Position numbers and translations under genes: made by a program
Part shown: piece after piece, positions 45,113-54,964 of the stretch
Layout: every line of letters begins with the position of its first letter
How positions within the stretch are numbered: the first letter of the stretch is position 1
Notes under the pieces: generated by a model
The model's database searches: none
What the model was told of the DNA's origin: nothing
Seen by the model: the letters and a program-made list of their open reading frames with translations, nothing else
Assembly (NCBI GenBank): GCA_034006915.1
Contig: JAVERW010000004.1
Location: 8,458 to 72,457 of the forward strand
Source of the DNA: Desulfuromonadaceae bacterium
GTDB taxonomy: Bacteria > Desulfobacterota > Desulfuromonadia > Desulfuromonadales > Desulfuromonadaceae
Length of the DNA: 64,000 bases
Direction: 5' to 3'

Positions 45113-45616
45113 TTAATTTCCACTGTCTAAAATATCATAATCGAAAATAAGATCGTCGTCATAGCTCCACGAGTCCATTTTTTCTAAGATTTCTATGGCC
45201 TCTTGAAGAAGGTTGTCTGGATAGACACCTTTGTAATATTCTTCAATTTCATCTCTAACATTGATTTTCTGATATGAGCATTTAGTCTCAGTAGCTGGGG
45301 GATAAGCTCCCCTTTCAAACGTGTTGTTAAGATAAGTTGTTAAATCGTGTATTACATAATCTTTCGCTGTATGAGGAAGAACCCTAGCTATTCCAGAATT
45401 AATTTTATTGCGTAATTTATTGTACTGTGGATCGCCAAAGAACATTCCATCAAGTTTTTTGTGTAATAAAGACCAGCTGGCAAAGCCAGTTAAAGATGCA
45501 ATCTGATCTAAATAAAAAGTATGGCTACGCTGCTTCGTTATGCGTTTTTCTAGTTTTGCGGCTCGTTTTAGGTTCTTGATAAAGGTTTCTGGGGGAAGTA
45601 CGTAGGGAATGATCAT
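45113..45616 (-). CDS. hypothetical protein (167 aa), AT-rich, opposite orientation within the defence island
   Basis: ATG ORF with its own terminator. No recognisable catalytic motif. Confidence 0.45.
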   Translation of the reverse strand: MIIPYVLPPETFIKNLKRAAKLEKRITKQRSHTFYLDQIASLTGFASWSLLHKKLDGMFFGDPQYNKLRNKINSGIARVLPHTAKDYVIHDLTTYLNNTFERGAYPPATETKCSYQKINVRDEIEEYYKGVYPDNLLQEAIEILEKMDSWSYDDDLIFDYDILDSGN

Positions 45617-46367
45617 ATTTACTCCTTAGCCTCTAGTTTGAGATTTTGGCTGATCCGCTAGCAACAAAATACAGAGAGCTGGGTAAAATATGACAAGAAG
45701 GTGTGCCGGGCTGCTTAATAGCTTCGCGATGCGGATCTGCTAGCGTGCCTTGACGCTTTCTAAATAATCACATGTTTATATATTTCATGTCAATCAGTTT
45801 GTTAGATGTCACACAGGAGGGACAGCATTGAATGCCCCGTGCGTTTGCTTGATTTTTAAGCTCATTTTATTTATTCGTTGCAATATGTGTGAAAGTGGAG
45901 TGCAAGTCCCTATTTTGCAGATGTAAAGTGAACTTGCATTAGTCACCATGTTAGTGTGGCTAATCAAGCAAGCGGGATTGTTGTTGGCTTGTGTGGCGCC
46001 CTGTTGATTGTTGGTAGAATGTAATTCAAATATTGAGCGATGATTCCAAAGACTGTCTGATTTAAAGTCTCTTGCTTACATGCTCAAAAAAACAGCAATC
46101 CGCACAATCCCACTTCCTATCTACACAATTCAGTCTACTCAAGCGAGTATTCCACAGATACCAGTGGAAAACAGAATGCCCTCAAGCTATGGTCAAGCGT
46201 GAATCCTGATCGGCATTATCTTTAACATCTAAACCTGAAGACTTGTTTTTGGGCATGTCGCCTATGAATGATTCTTTGATTTTTCTTAATAAAATCTGTA
46301 TATTTACTATATTGTTTTTATTCGCTGGGTGATGCATATGAGCAGGAGGAATCTTTCCATATGCTGA

Positions 46368-46412
46368 AACCACTGTGCCAGGCAGATACCGGCCCAGTGG
46401 TTTTCTCTTTTT
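46368..46412 (+). terminator. orphan + strand intrinsic terminator 25 nt upstream of hsdM1
   Basis: Stem AACCACTG (46368-46375) / CAGTGGTT (46395-46402), then TTCTCTTTTT. No annotated + strand gene lies upstream within 1.5 kb. Confidence 0.45.
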
Positions 46413-46436
46413 AGACTATGTGATTGGTCAGAATAA

Positions 46437-47918
46437 ATGTTGTCAAAGAAATTGAATTTATCCCAGTTAGAGCAATACCTTTCAAAAGCAGCCTGGATTC
46501 TAAAGGGTCCAGTCGATGCATCAGATTTCAAGGTCTACATATTCCCGCTTTTGTTCTTCAAGCGAATCTCTGATGTTTACGACGAAGAATATCGCATAGC
46601 GCTAGAAGAGTCCGGCGGCGATGTCGAGTATGCCTCTCTTCCGGAGATGCACCGCTTCGAGATCCCGGAAGGCTGTCACTGGAATGATGTGCGAGAGAAA
46701 ACCGTCAACGTCGGCCAAGGGATTGAAGCTGCTCTGCGTGGCATTGAGCAAGCCAATCAGGAACATCTTTACGGTATTTTCGGTGATGCGCAGTGGAGCA
46801 ACAAAAACAAGCTCCCCGATCGGTTGTTGGTCGATCTGATCGAGCACTTCTCTCAATACACCCTGGGAAACGAAAATGTCGATCCCGACATGCTCGGCAA
46901 CGCATACGAATACCTCATCAAACACTTTGCTGATTTAACCAATAAAAAAGCGGGTGAATTCTATACGCCTCGGACGGTAGTGCATCTTCTCGGTCTGATT
47001 CTCGATCCGCATGAGGGAGAAACAATTTACGACCCGGCGTGCGGTACCGGTGGGATGCTGCTTGAGTGTGTCGATCACCTTAAGGACAACAAAGAAGACT
47101 ATAGGACGCTCAAACTATTTGGACAGGAGAAGAACCTGACCTCCAGCTCCATTGCCCGGATGAACATTTTCCTGCATGGCATTGAGGATTTTCAAATTGT
47201 ACGTGGAGATACCCTGCGTAATCCGGCCTTTTTTGAGGCCGACGGCTTGAAGACCTTCGATTGTGTCATTGCAAATCCACCATTCTCTCTGAAAAACTGG
47301 GGAGCCGATTACTGGGCCAATGATCCTTATGGGCGCAACATTGCCGGTGTGCCACCCAAGGGCAACGGTGATATGGCCTGGGTACAGCACATGGTTAAGT
47401 CGATGAACAGCACGGGTCGAATGGCAGTTGTGTTGCCGCACGGCGCACTGTTCCGTAAGGGTGCCGAAGGGAAGATCCGCCAAGCACTTCTGGAGATGGA
47501 CCTGCTCGAAGCAGTCATTGGACTGGGCCCCAATGTGTTTTACGGAACGCAGCTCTCAGCATGCATCATGGTCTTTAAGCAGAACAAGGAGCCGGAGAAA
47601 AAGCAGAAGGTTCTTTTTATTGATGCTACTGAGCAGATCAGGGTGGGACGGGCACAGAACTTTCTTGAGCCGGAGCATGTGCAGCAGATTTACACTTGGT
47701 ATCGCGATTATATCGATGTCGAGAATTACGTTAAAGTCGCTGGTGTAGACGAGCTGAAAGAGAACGATTACAACCTCAATATTCCTCTCTACGTTGAAAA
47801 GATTATCGAAGACAACCTGCCAACAGTCGAGGAAGCCTTGGCTGACCTGAAAGAGGCTTGGGACGAGAGCCTGAAAGCCGAAGAGAAGTTCAAGGAAGTG
47901 CTTGCGAGGTTTATGTAA
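46437..47918 (+). CDS. hsdM: type I R-M N6-adenine DNA methyltransferase subunit, copy 1
   Basis: HsdM_N region (FIFPLLFFKRISDVYDEEY), GEFYTPRTVV, DPACGTGGML, IANPPFS. Confidence 0.9.
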   Translation: MLSKKLNLSQLEQYLSKAAWILKGPVDASDFKVYIFPLLFFKRISDVYDEEYRIALEESGGDVEYASLPEMHRFEIPEGCHWNDVREKTVNVGQGIEAALRGIEQANQEHLYGIFGDAQWSNKNKLPDRLLVDLIEHFSQYTLGNENVDPDMLGNAYEYLIKHFADLTNKKAGEFYTPRTVVHLLGLILDPHEGETIYDPACGTGGMLLECVDHLKDNKEDYRTLKLFGQEKNLTSSSIARMNIFLHGIEDFQIVRGDTLRNPAFFEADGLKTFDCVIANPPFSLKNWGADYWANDPYGRNIAGVPPKGNGDMAWVQHMVKSMNSTGRMAVVLPHGALFRKGAEGKIRQALLEMDLLEAVIGLGPNVFYGTQLSACIMVFKQNKEPEKKQKVLFIDATEQIRVGRAQNFLEPEHVQQIYTWYRDYIDVENYVKVAGVDELKENDYNLNIPLYVEKIIEDNLPTVEEALADLKEAWDESLKAEEKFKEVLARFM

Positions 47919-48940
47919 TGGACAAAAAAGATTTAACTGTGTCGGCTGTCGACCGGCAAAATATCCTCAACAATCCATATGCTCTGCGGGAAATTGAAAA
48001 GGCGGCGCATATTAAAGGGATTCCTTTTGAGGGCCGGTCCGTTGTGCTCAAGGAACAGGTGGCGGAATTCTTTGAGGTCACGCCGCGAACAATAGATAAT
48101 TACATCGAGAAAAACGGAGATGAACTGCGCCAAAACGGGTACGAGGTTTTACGCGGTAAACGATTGAAAGATTTGAAGTTATCCGTTGCGGAAAATGTTG
48201 GTAACGAAATAGATTTCGTTACCAAAACTACCGTGCTAGGTGTGTTTGATTTTCGGGCATTTTTAAACCTTGCCATGCTAATGACGGAGAGCGAGCAGGC
48301 TCGCCTGCTGCGCAAGGCGATTCTGGATATTGTCCTCGACACCATTAACCAGCGCACTGGTGGCGGGACCAAATATATCAACCAGCGTGACGAGGAGTTT
48401 CTGGTTTCCTATTTTGAAGAGGAAAACTACCGCAAGGAATTTACCGATGCCCTGCGCGACTGTGTCGATATGGGAAAATTCAAGTATCCGCTTTATACGA
48501 ATAAGATCTATGAGAGCATCTTTAACGAAAATGCGAAAGAATATCGCAAGATTCTCCGCCTGCACGAAAAAGACAAGGTGCGCGATACATTCTACTCCGA
48601 AATCCTGGATCTAGTTTCATCCTACGAATATGGATTCGGACAAGAGATTCGTGCTGCCTACGAAAAAAGGGGACGCAAGCTGAGTTCATGGGAGGTAGAC
48701 GATTTATTTAAGGCTTTCGAGGACATGCCGCACTGGAAACCGATGGTTGAAAAAGCCCGCAACAAGATGGCCAGCCGGGATCTCGCCTTCCGGGATGCCC
48801 TGCATCATCAACTAAAGGAATATATAACTCCTGTTCACCGTGAAGACTTCGAGCGTTTCCTTGGTGAAAAGAGCAAGGAACTCGCGGAGCGGATAGAAGA
48901 TGCAAAGGATGTAATGAAACGGCTGAAGGAGCGCTCATAG
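47918..48940 (+). CDS. ORF6N/RhuM-like DNA-binding domain protein in the antitoxin position of Doc
   Basis: ATG 47918 overlaps the hsdM1 stop. FEGRSVVLKEQVAEFFEVTPRTIDNYIEKNGDEL resembles ORF6N/RhuM-type N-terminal domains. Its stop overlaps the doc GTG by 1 nt. Confidence 0.5.
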   Translation: MDKKDLTVSAVDRQNILNNPYALREIEKAAHIKGIPFEGRSVVLKEQVAEFFEVTPRTIDNYIEKNGDELRQNGYEVLRGKRLKDLKLSVAENVGNEIDFVTKTTVLGVFDFRAFLNLAMLMTESEQARLLRKAILDIVLDTINQRTGGGTKYINQRDEEFLVSYFEEENYRKEFTDALRDCVDMGKFKYPLYTNKIYESIFNENAKEYRKILRLHEKDKVRDTFYSEILDLVSSYEYGFGQEIRAAYEKRGRKLSSWEVDDLFKAFEDMPHWKPMVEKARNKMASRDLAFRDALHHQLKEYITPVHREDFERFLGEKSKELAERIEDAKDVMKRLKERS

Positions 48941-49383
48941 TGGCCGCCATAGTTTACATTACGCTGGATCAGGCCATTGAAATCCACCGCAAAACGGTGG
49001 AGGTGAGTGGTGGCGGTGCGATGGGCGCCCTTAATCTGGGCCAACTCGAAAGCGTCTTGGAAAACATTCAAAACGATTTGTATTATCCCACCATTGAAGA
49101 CAAACTGACACACCTGTTCTTCGGCTCGAATAAATTTCATTGCTTTGAAGACGGAAACAAGCGGATTGCACTTTCATTGGGTGCACAGTTTCTGCTGCTG
49201 AACGGCTATGTGTTTGCCGCCACGCGGTTCATGCGTGAGATGGAAAATGTCAGCTATCATGTCGCTGCAGGCCTGATATCTAAAGAGTTGCTCCGAACGA
49301 TAGTTGATGAATTGATTAACGAAGACGAACTAAGCGAATCCACTAAGCTCGCCATTGTGAGCGCACTGATCTCTGAGGAATGA
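48940..49383 (+). CDS. doc: Doc (death-on-curing) Fic-fold toxin
   Basis: 147 aa. ITLDQAIEIHRKTVEVSGG and the Doc-type Fic motif HCFEDGNKRIAL. Confidence 0.8.
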   Translation: MAAIVYITLDQAIEIHRKTVEVSGGGAMGALNLGQLESVLENIQNDLYYPTIEDKLTHLFFGSNKFHCFEDGNKRIALSLGAQFLLLNGYVFAATRFMREMENVSYHVAAGLISKELLRTIVDELINEDELSESTKLAIVSALISEE

Positions 49384-49399
49384 TTTTTTAGAGGAAACA

Positions 49400-50860
49400 A
49401 TGAACCAACAAGAACTTGAAAAATACCTCTGGGGTGCGGCTACGGCTTTGCGCGGCACTATTGATGCCGGAGACTATAAACAGTTCATTTTTCCGCTCCT
49501 CTTTTTTAAGCGTATCTCTGATGTTTATGATGAGGAGTATCAAAACGCTCTGGCCGAAAGTGGTGGCGATGTTGAATACGCTGAGTTTGCTGAGAACCAT
49601 CATTTCCAGATCCCTGAAGGGGCGCATTGGAATGATGTTCGAGAAACTACCGTCAATGTCGGGATGGCTTTGCAGGATGCCATGCGCGAGATCGAAAAAG
49701 CCAACCCTGAAACCCTGCACGGTATCTTTGGCGATGCCAGTTGGACCAACAAGGATCGCCTATCCGATGAGATCCTCATCAGCCTGATTGAGCATTTCAG
49801 TCAGCACAAACTGACCCTTGCCAATGTGCCTGATGATCAGCTCGGCAACGCCTACGAATACCTGATCAAAGAGTTCGCCGACGATAGCGGTCACACTGCT
49901 GCGGAATTTTACACCAACCGTACCGTGGTCAAGCTGATGACTATGATCATGGACCCGCAACCGGGGGAGAGCGTCTACGATCCTACCTGTGGTTCTGGTG
50001 GTTTGCTGCTGAACTGTGCGTTGTACCTGAAAGAAGATGGGAAGGAATACCGTACCCTCAAGCTCTACGGACAGGAGATCAACCTGATTACCTCGGCCAT
50101 TGCCCGTATGAACATGTTTATGCACGGTATTGAGGAGTTCAGCATTGTGCGGGGCGATACTTTGGTGCAACCAGCCTTTCTGGAAAACGATGAGCTGAAG
50201 AAATTCAACATCATCCTTGCGAACCCTCCCTATTCGATCAGAGCATGGGACCGTAAGAGTTTTGAAAATGATCCTTATGGGCGCAACATCTGGGGGACGC
50301 CTCCGCAAGGATGTGCGGACTACGCCTTTCAGCAGCACATGCAGATGAGCCTCGATGACGAGAATGGTCGGGCTATTTCCCTTTGGCCGCACGGTATTCT
50401 CTTTCGTGACTCAGAAGCGTCCATGCGCCGCAAAATGATAGAGGCCGACCTGGTTGAGTGTGTCATTGGGCTGGGGCCGAACCTCTTTTACAACTCACCG
50501 ATGGAAGCCTGTTTGCTGATTACTCGGACGAAGAAGGATGAAGCAAAACAAGGGAAGGTGCTGATTATCAACGCAGTTAAAGAAGTACGGCAGGATAAGA
50601 ATATCGCCTTTTTGGAAGAGGGGCACATCGATCGGATTCTCTATGCCTATCAGAAATTTGAGGATCAGGATGGGTTCTGCAGGGTGGTACCGGTTGAGGA
50701 GATATTGAGCAACAACGCCAGCTTGAATATGGCACTGTATGTCAGCAATGTCGATGTCGGTGCTGAACGTATCTCTCTCAATGAAGCGATCACCAAGTGG
50801 GAAGCCTCTTCGATCGATTTGAAAGAGAGTATGACTGATCTGTTCAAGGTCTTGGGCTAG
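49400..50860 (+). CDS. hsdM: type I R-M N6-adenine DNA methyltransferase subunit, copy 2
   Basis: Same motif series as copy 1 (FIFPLLFFKRISDVYDEEY, AEFYTNRTVV, DPTCGSGGLL, LANPPYS). Directly followed by hsdS and hsdR. Confidence 0.9.
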   Translation: MNQQELEKYLWGAATALRGTIDAGDYKQFIFPLLFFKRISDVYDEEYQNALAESGGDVEYAEFAENHHFQIPEGAHWNDVRETTVNVGMALQDAMREIEKANPETLHGIFGDASWTNKDRLSDEILISLIEHFSQHKLTLANVPDDQLGNAYEYLIKEFADDSGHTAAEFYTNRTVVKLMTMIMDPQPGESVYDPTCGSGGLLLNCALYLKEDGKEYRTLKLYGQEINLITSAIARMNMFMHGIEEFSIVRGDTLVQPAFLENDELKKFNIILANPPYSIRAWDRKSFENDPYGRNIWGTPPQGCADYAFQQHMQMSLDDENGRAISLWPHGILFRDSEASMRRKMIEADLVECVIGLGPNLFYNSPMEACLLITRTKKDEAKQGKVLIINAVKEVRQDKNIAFLEEGHIDRILYAYQKFEDQDGFCRVVPVEEILSNNASLNMALYVSNVDVGAERISLNEAITKWEASSIDLKESMTDLFKVLG

Positions 50861-50862
50861 AT

Positions 50863-51975
50863 ATGAAGATGGATAGAATTGATTTGAATAATCTCGATAA
50901 ATCGACCTGGACGACTTACCGTTTTGACCAGATTGCATCAAGTATTTCAGAGCGCGTTGATCCGACCAATACCGACTTAAAGCACTACATCGGGTTGGAG
51001 CACATCGACTCGGAGAATATTCACATTACCCGCATGGGCGCACCTACTGAGGTCAGCGGACAGAAGCTAAGGTGCTATCCCGGAGATGTAATCTTCGGTC
51101 GTCGCAGAGCGTATCAGCGGAAAGCTGCTGTGTGTGAGGTGGATGGATTCTGTTCTGCTCATTCATTGGTATTGCGCGCAAATCCCGAAATTATCGATCC
51201 GAAACTCTTTCCGTTCTTTCTCCACTCCGACACCTTTATGCATAGGGCGGTAGACATTTCCGTAGGGTCATTATCGCCAACGATCAATTGGGGAGCACTC
51301 AAAAAACAAGAATTTCTTCTTCCACCCAAAGAGCAGCAAGTACAGTTAGTTGGAATTCTTTGGGGCATGGATGAAGTGGTTGCGAAGGATAGACAATTAT
51401 TAAATTCCATCACAAAAGCCAATAGTATAGTTATTACAAACGAAATTAAGAACTTGCAGACTAATTATGAAAACACAGCTCTGTGTGAACTCGTAGAGTT
51501 ACGCACTGGGAAGCTAGACTCAAATGCTGCAATAGAAAACGGCAAATTCCATTTTTTTACATGTGCACCGGAAACATTAAGAATTGACACTTATTCTTTT
51601 GACTGTGAGGCAATTCTGTTAGCAGGAAACAATGCTGCGGGTGTTTATCCCTTAAAGCATTATAAAGGTAAGTTTGATGCGTATCAGAGAACTTATGTAA
51701 TAACAATCAAAGATGATGTTGGACTTAACTACCGATATCTGTTGGAGGTAATACGGTCTCAACTTGGCTTACTTCAAAGGCATTCTGTAGGTAGCTCAAC
51801 AAAATTTCTTACAATGGGCGTCCTGAAAAAAATGAAGATACCTGTTCCAACAGAAACAGATCAAAAGATAATGGTGAAAAAAGTTGAAGCTTTTTCCAAC
51901 TCTATAAGCAAGACAAACACCGCCTTGAGCGCTGGTATCTCTATGCAAAAATCCCTAATCAATCAGGTATTCTAA
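50863..51975 (+). CDS. hsdS: type I R-M specificity subunit
   Basis: 370 aa between hsdM and hsdR. Two-TRD layout with central and C-terminal conserved helices (Methylase_S-like). Confidence 0.8.
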   Translation: MKMDRIDLNNLDKSTWTTYRFDQIASSISERVDPTNTDLKHYIGLEHIDSENIHITRMGAPTEVSGQKLRCYPGDVIFGRRRAYQRKAAVCEVDGFCSAHSLVLRANPEIIDPKLFPFFLHSDTFMHRAVDISVGSLSPTINWGALKKQEFLLPPKEQQVQLVGILWGMDEVVAKDRQLLNSITKANSIVITNEIKNLQTNYENTALCELVELRTGKLDSNAAIENGKFHFFTCAPETLRIDTYSFDCEAILLAGNNAAGVYPLKHYKGKFDAYQRTYVITIKDDVGLNYRYLLEVIRSQLGLLQRHSVGSSTKFLTMGVLKKMKIPVPTETDQKIMVKKVEAFSNSISKTNTALSAGISMQKSLINQVF

Positions 51976-51976
51976 G

Positions 51977-54943
51977 ATGACCTTCACCGAACTCAACAGC
52001 GTAGAGCACTTCATCGTTCGCGAACTTACGGGTGTCAATCTCAACAAGGAAGGCACAGCCGAGTTAAAAGCTGGCTTCGGTTCCTCCTGGCAGTACAAGC
52101 CACCCCAAGAGCTGAAACGGGGCGTCAACGAAGTGCTCGAAGAGAGTGAAGTGCAGGCCGCGCTGATTCGTCTCAACCCGGAGATTGCCGCCAAGCCGGA
52201 ACGGGCCGATGAAGTCATCTACAAGCTCCGCGCTATTCTGATTTCGGTTAACCAAGTCGGGCTGGTCAAGGCCAACGAAGAGTTCTTCTTGTGGCTCACC
52301 GGCGAGAAGACCATGCCCTTCGGCGAGAATAACCGTCACGTCCCCATCAAGCTCATCGACTTTGAAAATCTCAGCAACAACACCTACACCGTCACCAACC
52401 AATTCCGCATCCATCACCGTGAAACCAAAATTCCTGATGTCGTTCTGTTGATCAACGGAATCCCGGTGGTGGTCGGTGAAGCCAAGACCCCGATTCGGCC
52501 TTCGGTGAGTTGGCTCGATGGTGCCCATGAAATCAACGCGATCTACGAAAATGCCGTGCCGCAACTCTTTGTGCCCAACATCCTGTCTTTCGCTACTGAA
52601 GGGAGGCAATTATATTACGGTGCTATCCGTTGTCCGCTAGAGTTCTGGTCCCCCTTGCGGAAAGAGGAAGACAATAATCAGGTTGCCAGAGCGCTGGGGC
52701 TGTCGGAAGTTGGTGCCGAGCTGAATGATCTCCTCAACCCGGCCCGATTGCTCGACATCATGCGCAACTTCTCCCTCTTTACCACCAATAAGAAGAAGCA
52801 GCGCACCAAGGTGATTCCACGCTTCCAGCAGTACGAGGGGGCCAATAAGATCGTTGCTCGGGTAAAAGAGGGACGCATCAAAAAGGGGTTGATCTGGCAC
52901 TTTCAGGGGTCAGGAAAATCGCTGCTCATGGTTTTTGCAGCGCAGAAGCTGCGTCGCGCGCCGGAGCTGAAAAGCCCGACTGTAATCGTACTGGTTGATC
53001 GCGTTGATCTCGACACCCAGATCAGTGGCACCTTCAATGCCGCCGATGTGCCAAATGTGGAAAGCACCGAGAGCATCAGCGAACTGCAAACCATGCTGGA
53101 GCGTGACACCCGTAAAATCATCATCTCAATGATTCACAAGTTCCGCGACGCCAAGCCGAACATGAATACCCGCGATAACATCATCGTCCTGGTCGATGAA
53201 GCCCACCGTACCCAGGAGGGTGATCTGGGGCGCCAGATGCGGGCTGCGCTGCCGAATGCGTTTCTGTTTGGTCTGACCGGTACGCCAGTGAACAAGGCCG
53301 ATAAGAATACCTTCTGGGCCTTTGGTTCCGAGGATGATCAGGGCGGCTATATGTCGCGCTATACCTTCCACGATTCGATCCGTGACGAGGCAACCCTGCC
53401 ACTGCACTTTGAGCCGCGCCTGGTTGATGTGCATGTCGATACGGAATCGCTCGATAAAGCGTTTGCTGAATTCAAAGATAGTGCTGCTCTTTCCGACGAA
53501 GAGGCTGATGCACTGAACAAGAAGTCAGCAAAAATGTCAGCGTTTTTGAAATCACCTGAGCGTGTTGAGAAGATTGTTGAGGACATTGCTACTCACTTTA
53601 AGGAGAAGGTTGCCCCGCACGGATTCAAGGCGATGATTGTCACGCCGGATCGTCATGCCTGTGTGCAATACAAGGAAGAGCTGGATAAGCATTTTCCGGA
53701 AGAGGCGAGCAAGGTTGTCATTTCGACTTCAGCTAACGATGATCTCGAATTCAAGCAAAAGTGGAGCGTTGATAAAAGCCAACAGGAGAAAGTGGTCGAT
53801 GAGTTCAACGATGCGAAGTCGGATCTGAAGTTCATCATCGTCACGGCTAAACTGCTGACCGGCTTCGATGCACCTATCCTGCAGACCATGTATCTCGACA
53901 AATCACTCAAGGATCATACCCTGTTGCAGGCAATCTGTCGCACCAACCGCCTCTATCCGCAAAAGTCCTTCGGTCGGATTGTCGATTACTTCGGCATTTT
54001 CGATGACGCCGCCAAGGCCCTTGAGTTCGACGAGAAGACGATTCAGCAGGTGATCACCAACCTCTCTGAGCTGCGCGATAAGCTCCCACAGGCGATGGCC
54101 GATGTGCTGGCCCACTTCCCTGATGTTGATCGCTCTCTGGACGGATTTGAAGGGTTAGAAGCTGCCCAGAACGCCATTAATACCAACGATAAGAAAGATG
54201 CCTTCGCTCGTGACTTCAAGTATCTCGCCAAGCTCTGGGAATCACTGTCACCAGACAATATCCTGAATATTTATAATCAGGACTATAAGTGGTTGGCGCA
54301 GGTCTATGAGTCGGTTAAACCCGCATCCGATAACATTGGCAAGCTGCTGTGGATGACTCTCGGGGCGCAGACGACACAACTGATCCACGAGAATATCCAT
54401 GTCGGAGATGTGCATACGCTTGATGAGTTTGTGTTGGATGCGGATGTGGTCGAGGAGATCTTCAATAACCCTGACCCGAAGAAAGTCAAGCAGCTCGAAA
54501 AGGCACTGATCAAACGATTCAAAAAACGCGCAGGAAATCCGAAGTTTAAATCCCTGAGTGAACGGTTGGAGGAGTTACGTGACAGAGCCGAGAAGGGTTT
54601 GATCTCCTCAATCGAGTTCGTCAAGGAACTCTGCATGCTGGCCAAGGAGACAGTGCAGGCTGAGAAGGAGTTTGAGGAAGAGATTCAGGAAAAGTCTCCA
54701 CAGGCAGCGCTTACCGAACTTTTTCTGGAGCTTAAAACCGATCAGACCCCTGCGGTTGTAGAGCGGATTGTTGCGGACATCGATTCGATTGTTCGGATCG
54801 TGCGTTTCCCCGGATGGCAGCAATCGACCCAGGGTGAGCGCGAAGTGCAGAAATCGCTGAGGAAGGCATTATTGAAGTACCAGTTGCATAAAGACCAGGT
54901 ACTGTTTGATCGGGCTTATGCGTATATAAAAGAATATTACTGA
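51977..54943 (+). CDS. hsdR: type I restriction enzyme R subunit
   Basis: 988 aa. N-terminal PD-(D/E)xK (DVVLLINGIPVVVGEAKTP), helicase motif I FQGSGKS and DEAH box VLVDEAHRTQ. Confidence 0.92.
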   Translation: MTFTELNSVEHFIVRELTGVNLNKEGTAELKAGFGSSWQYKPPQELKRGVNEVLEESEVQAALIRLNPEIAAKPERADEVIYKLRAILISVNQVGLVKANEEFFLWLTGEKTMPFGENNRHVPIKLIDFENLSNNTYTVTNQFRIHHRETKIPDVVLLINGIPVVVGEAKTPIRPSVSWLDGAHEINAIYENAVPQLFVPNILSFATEGRQLYYGAIRCPLEFWSPLRKEEDNNQVARALGLSEVGAELNDLLNPARLLDIMRNFSLFTTNKKKQRTKVIPRFQQYEGANKIVARVKEGRIKKGLIWHFQGSGKSLLMVFAAQKLRRAPELKSPTVIVLVDRVDLDTQISGTFNAADVPNVESTESISELQTMLERDTRKIIISMIHKFRDAKPNMNTRDNIIVLVDEAHRTQEGDLGRQMRAALPNAFLFGLTGTPVNKADKNTFWAFGSEDDQGGYMSRYTFHDSIRDEATLPLHFEPRLVDVHVDTESLDKAFAEFKDSAALSDEEADALNKKSAKMSAFLKSPERVEKIVEDIATHFKEKVAPHGFKAMIVTPDRHACVQYKEELDKHFPEEASKVVISTSANDDLEFKQKWSVDKSQQEKVVDEFNDAKSDLKFIIVTAKLLTGFDAPILQTMYLDKSLKDHTLLQAICRTNRLYPQKSFGRIVDYFGIFDDAAKALEFDEKTIQQVITNLSELRDKLPQAMADVLAHFPDVDRSLDGFEGLEAAQNAINTNDKKDAFARDFKYLAKLWESLSPDNILNIYNQDYKWLAQVYESVKPASDNIGKLLWMTLGAQTTQLIHENIHVGDVHTLDEFVLDADVVEEIFNNPDPKKVKQLEKALIKRFKKRAGNPKFKSLSERLEELRDRAEKGLISSIEFVKELCMLAKETVQAEKEFEEEIQEKSPQAALTELFLELKTDQTPAVVERIVADIDSIVRIVRFPGWQQSTQGEREVQKSLRKALLKYQLHKDQVLFDRAYAYIKEYY

Positions 54944-54964
54944 TTCACTTATAAGGGGTACGAG

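Noticed and set aside
46182-46531. Two small minus-strand ORFs (46182-46373, 46307-46531)
   Set aside because: They overlap each other, the + strand terminator and the hsdM1 start. They have no RBS or motif.
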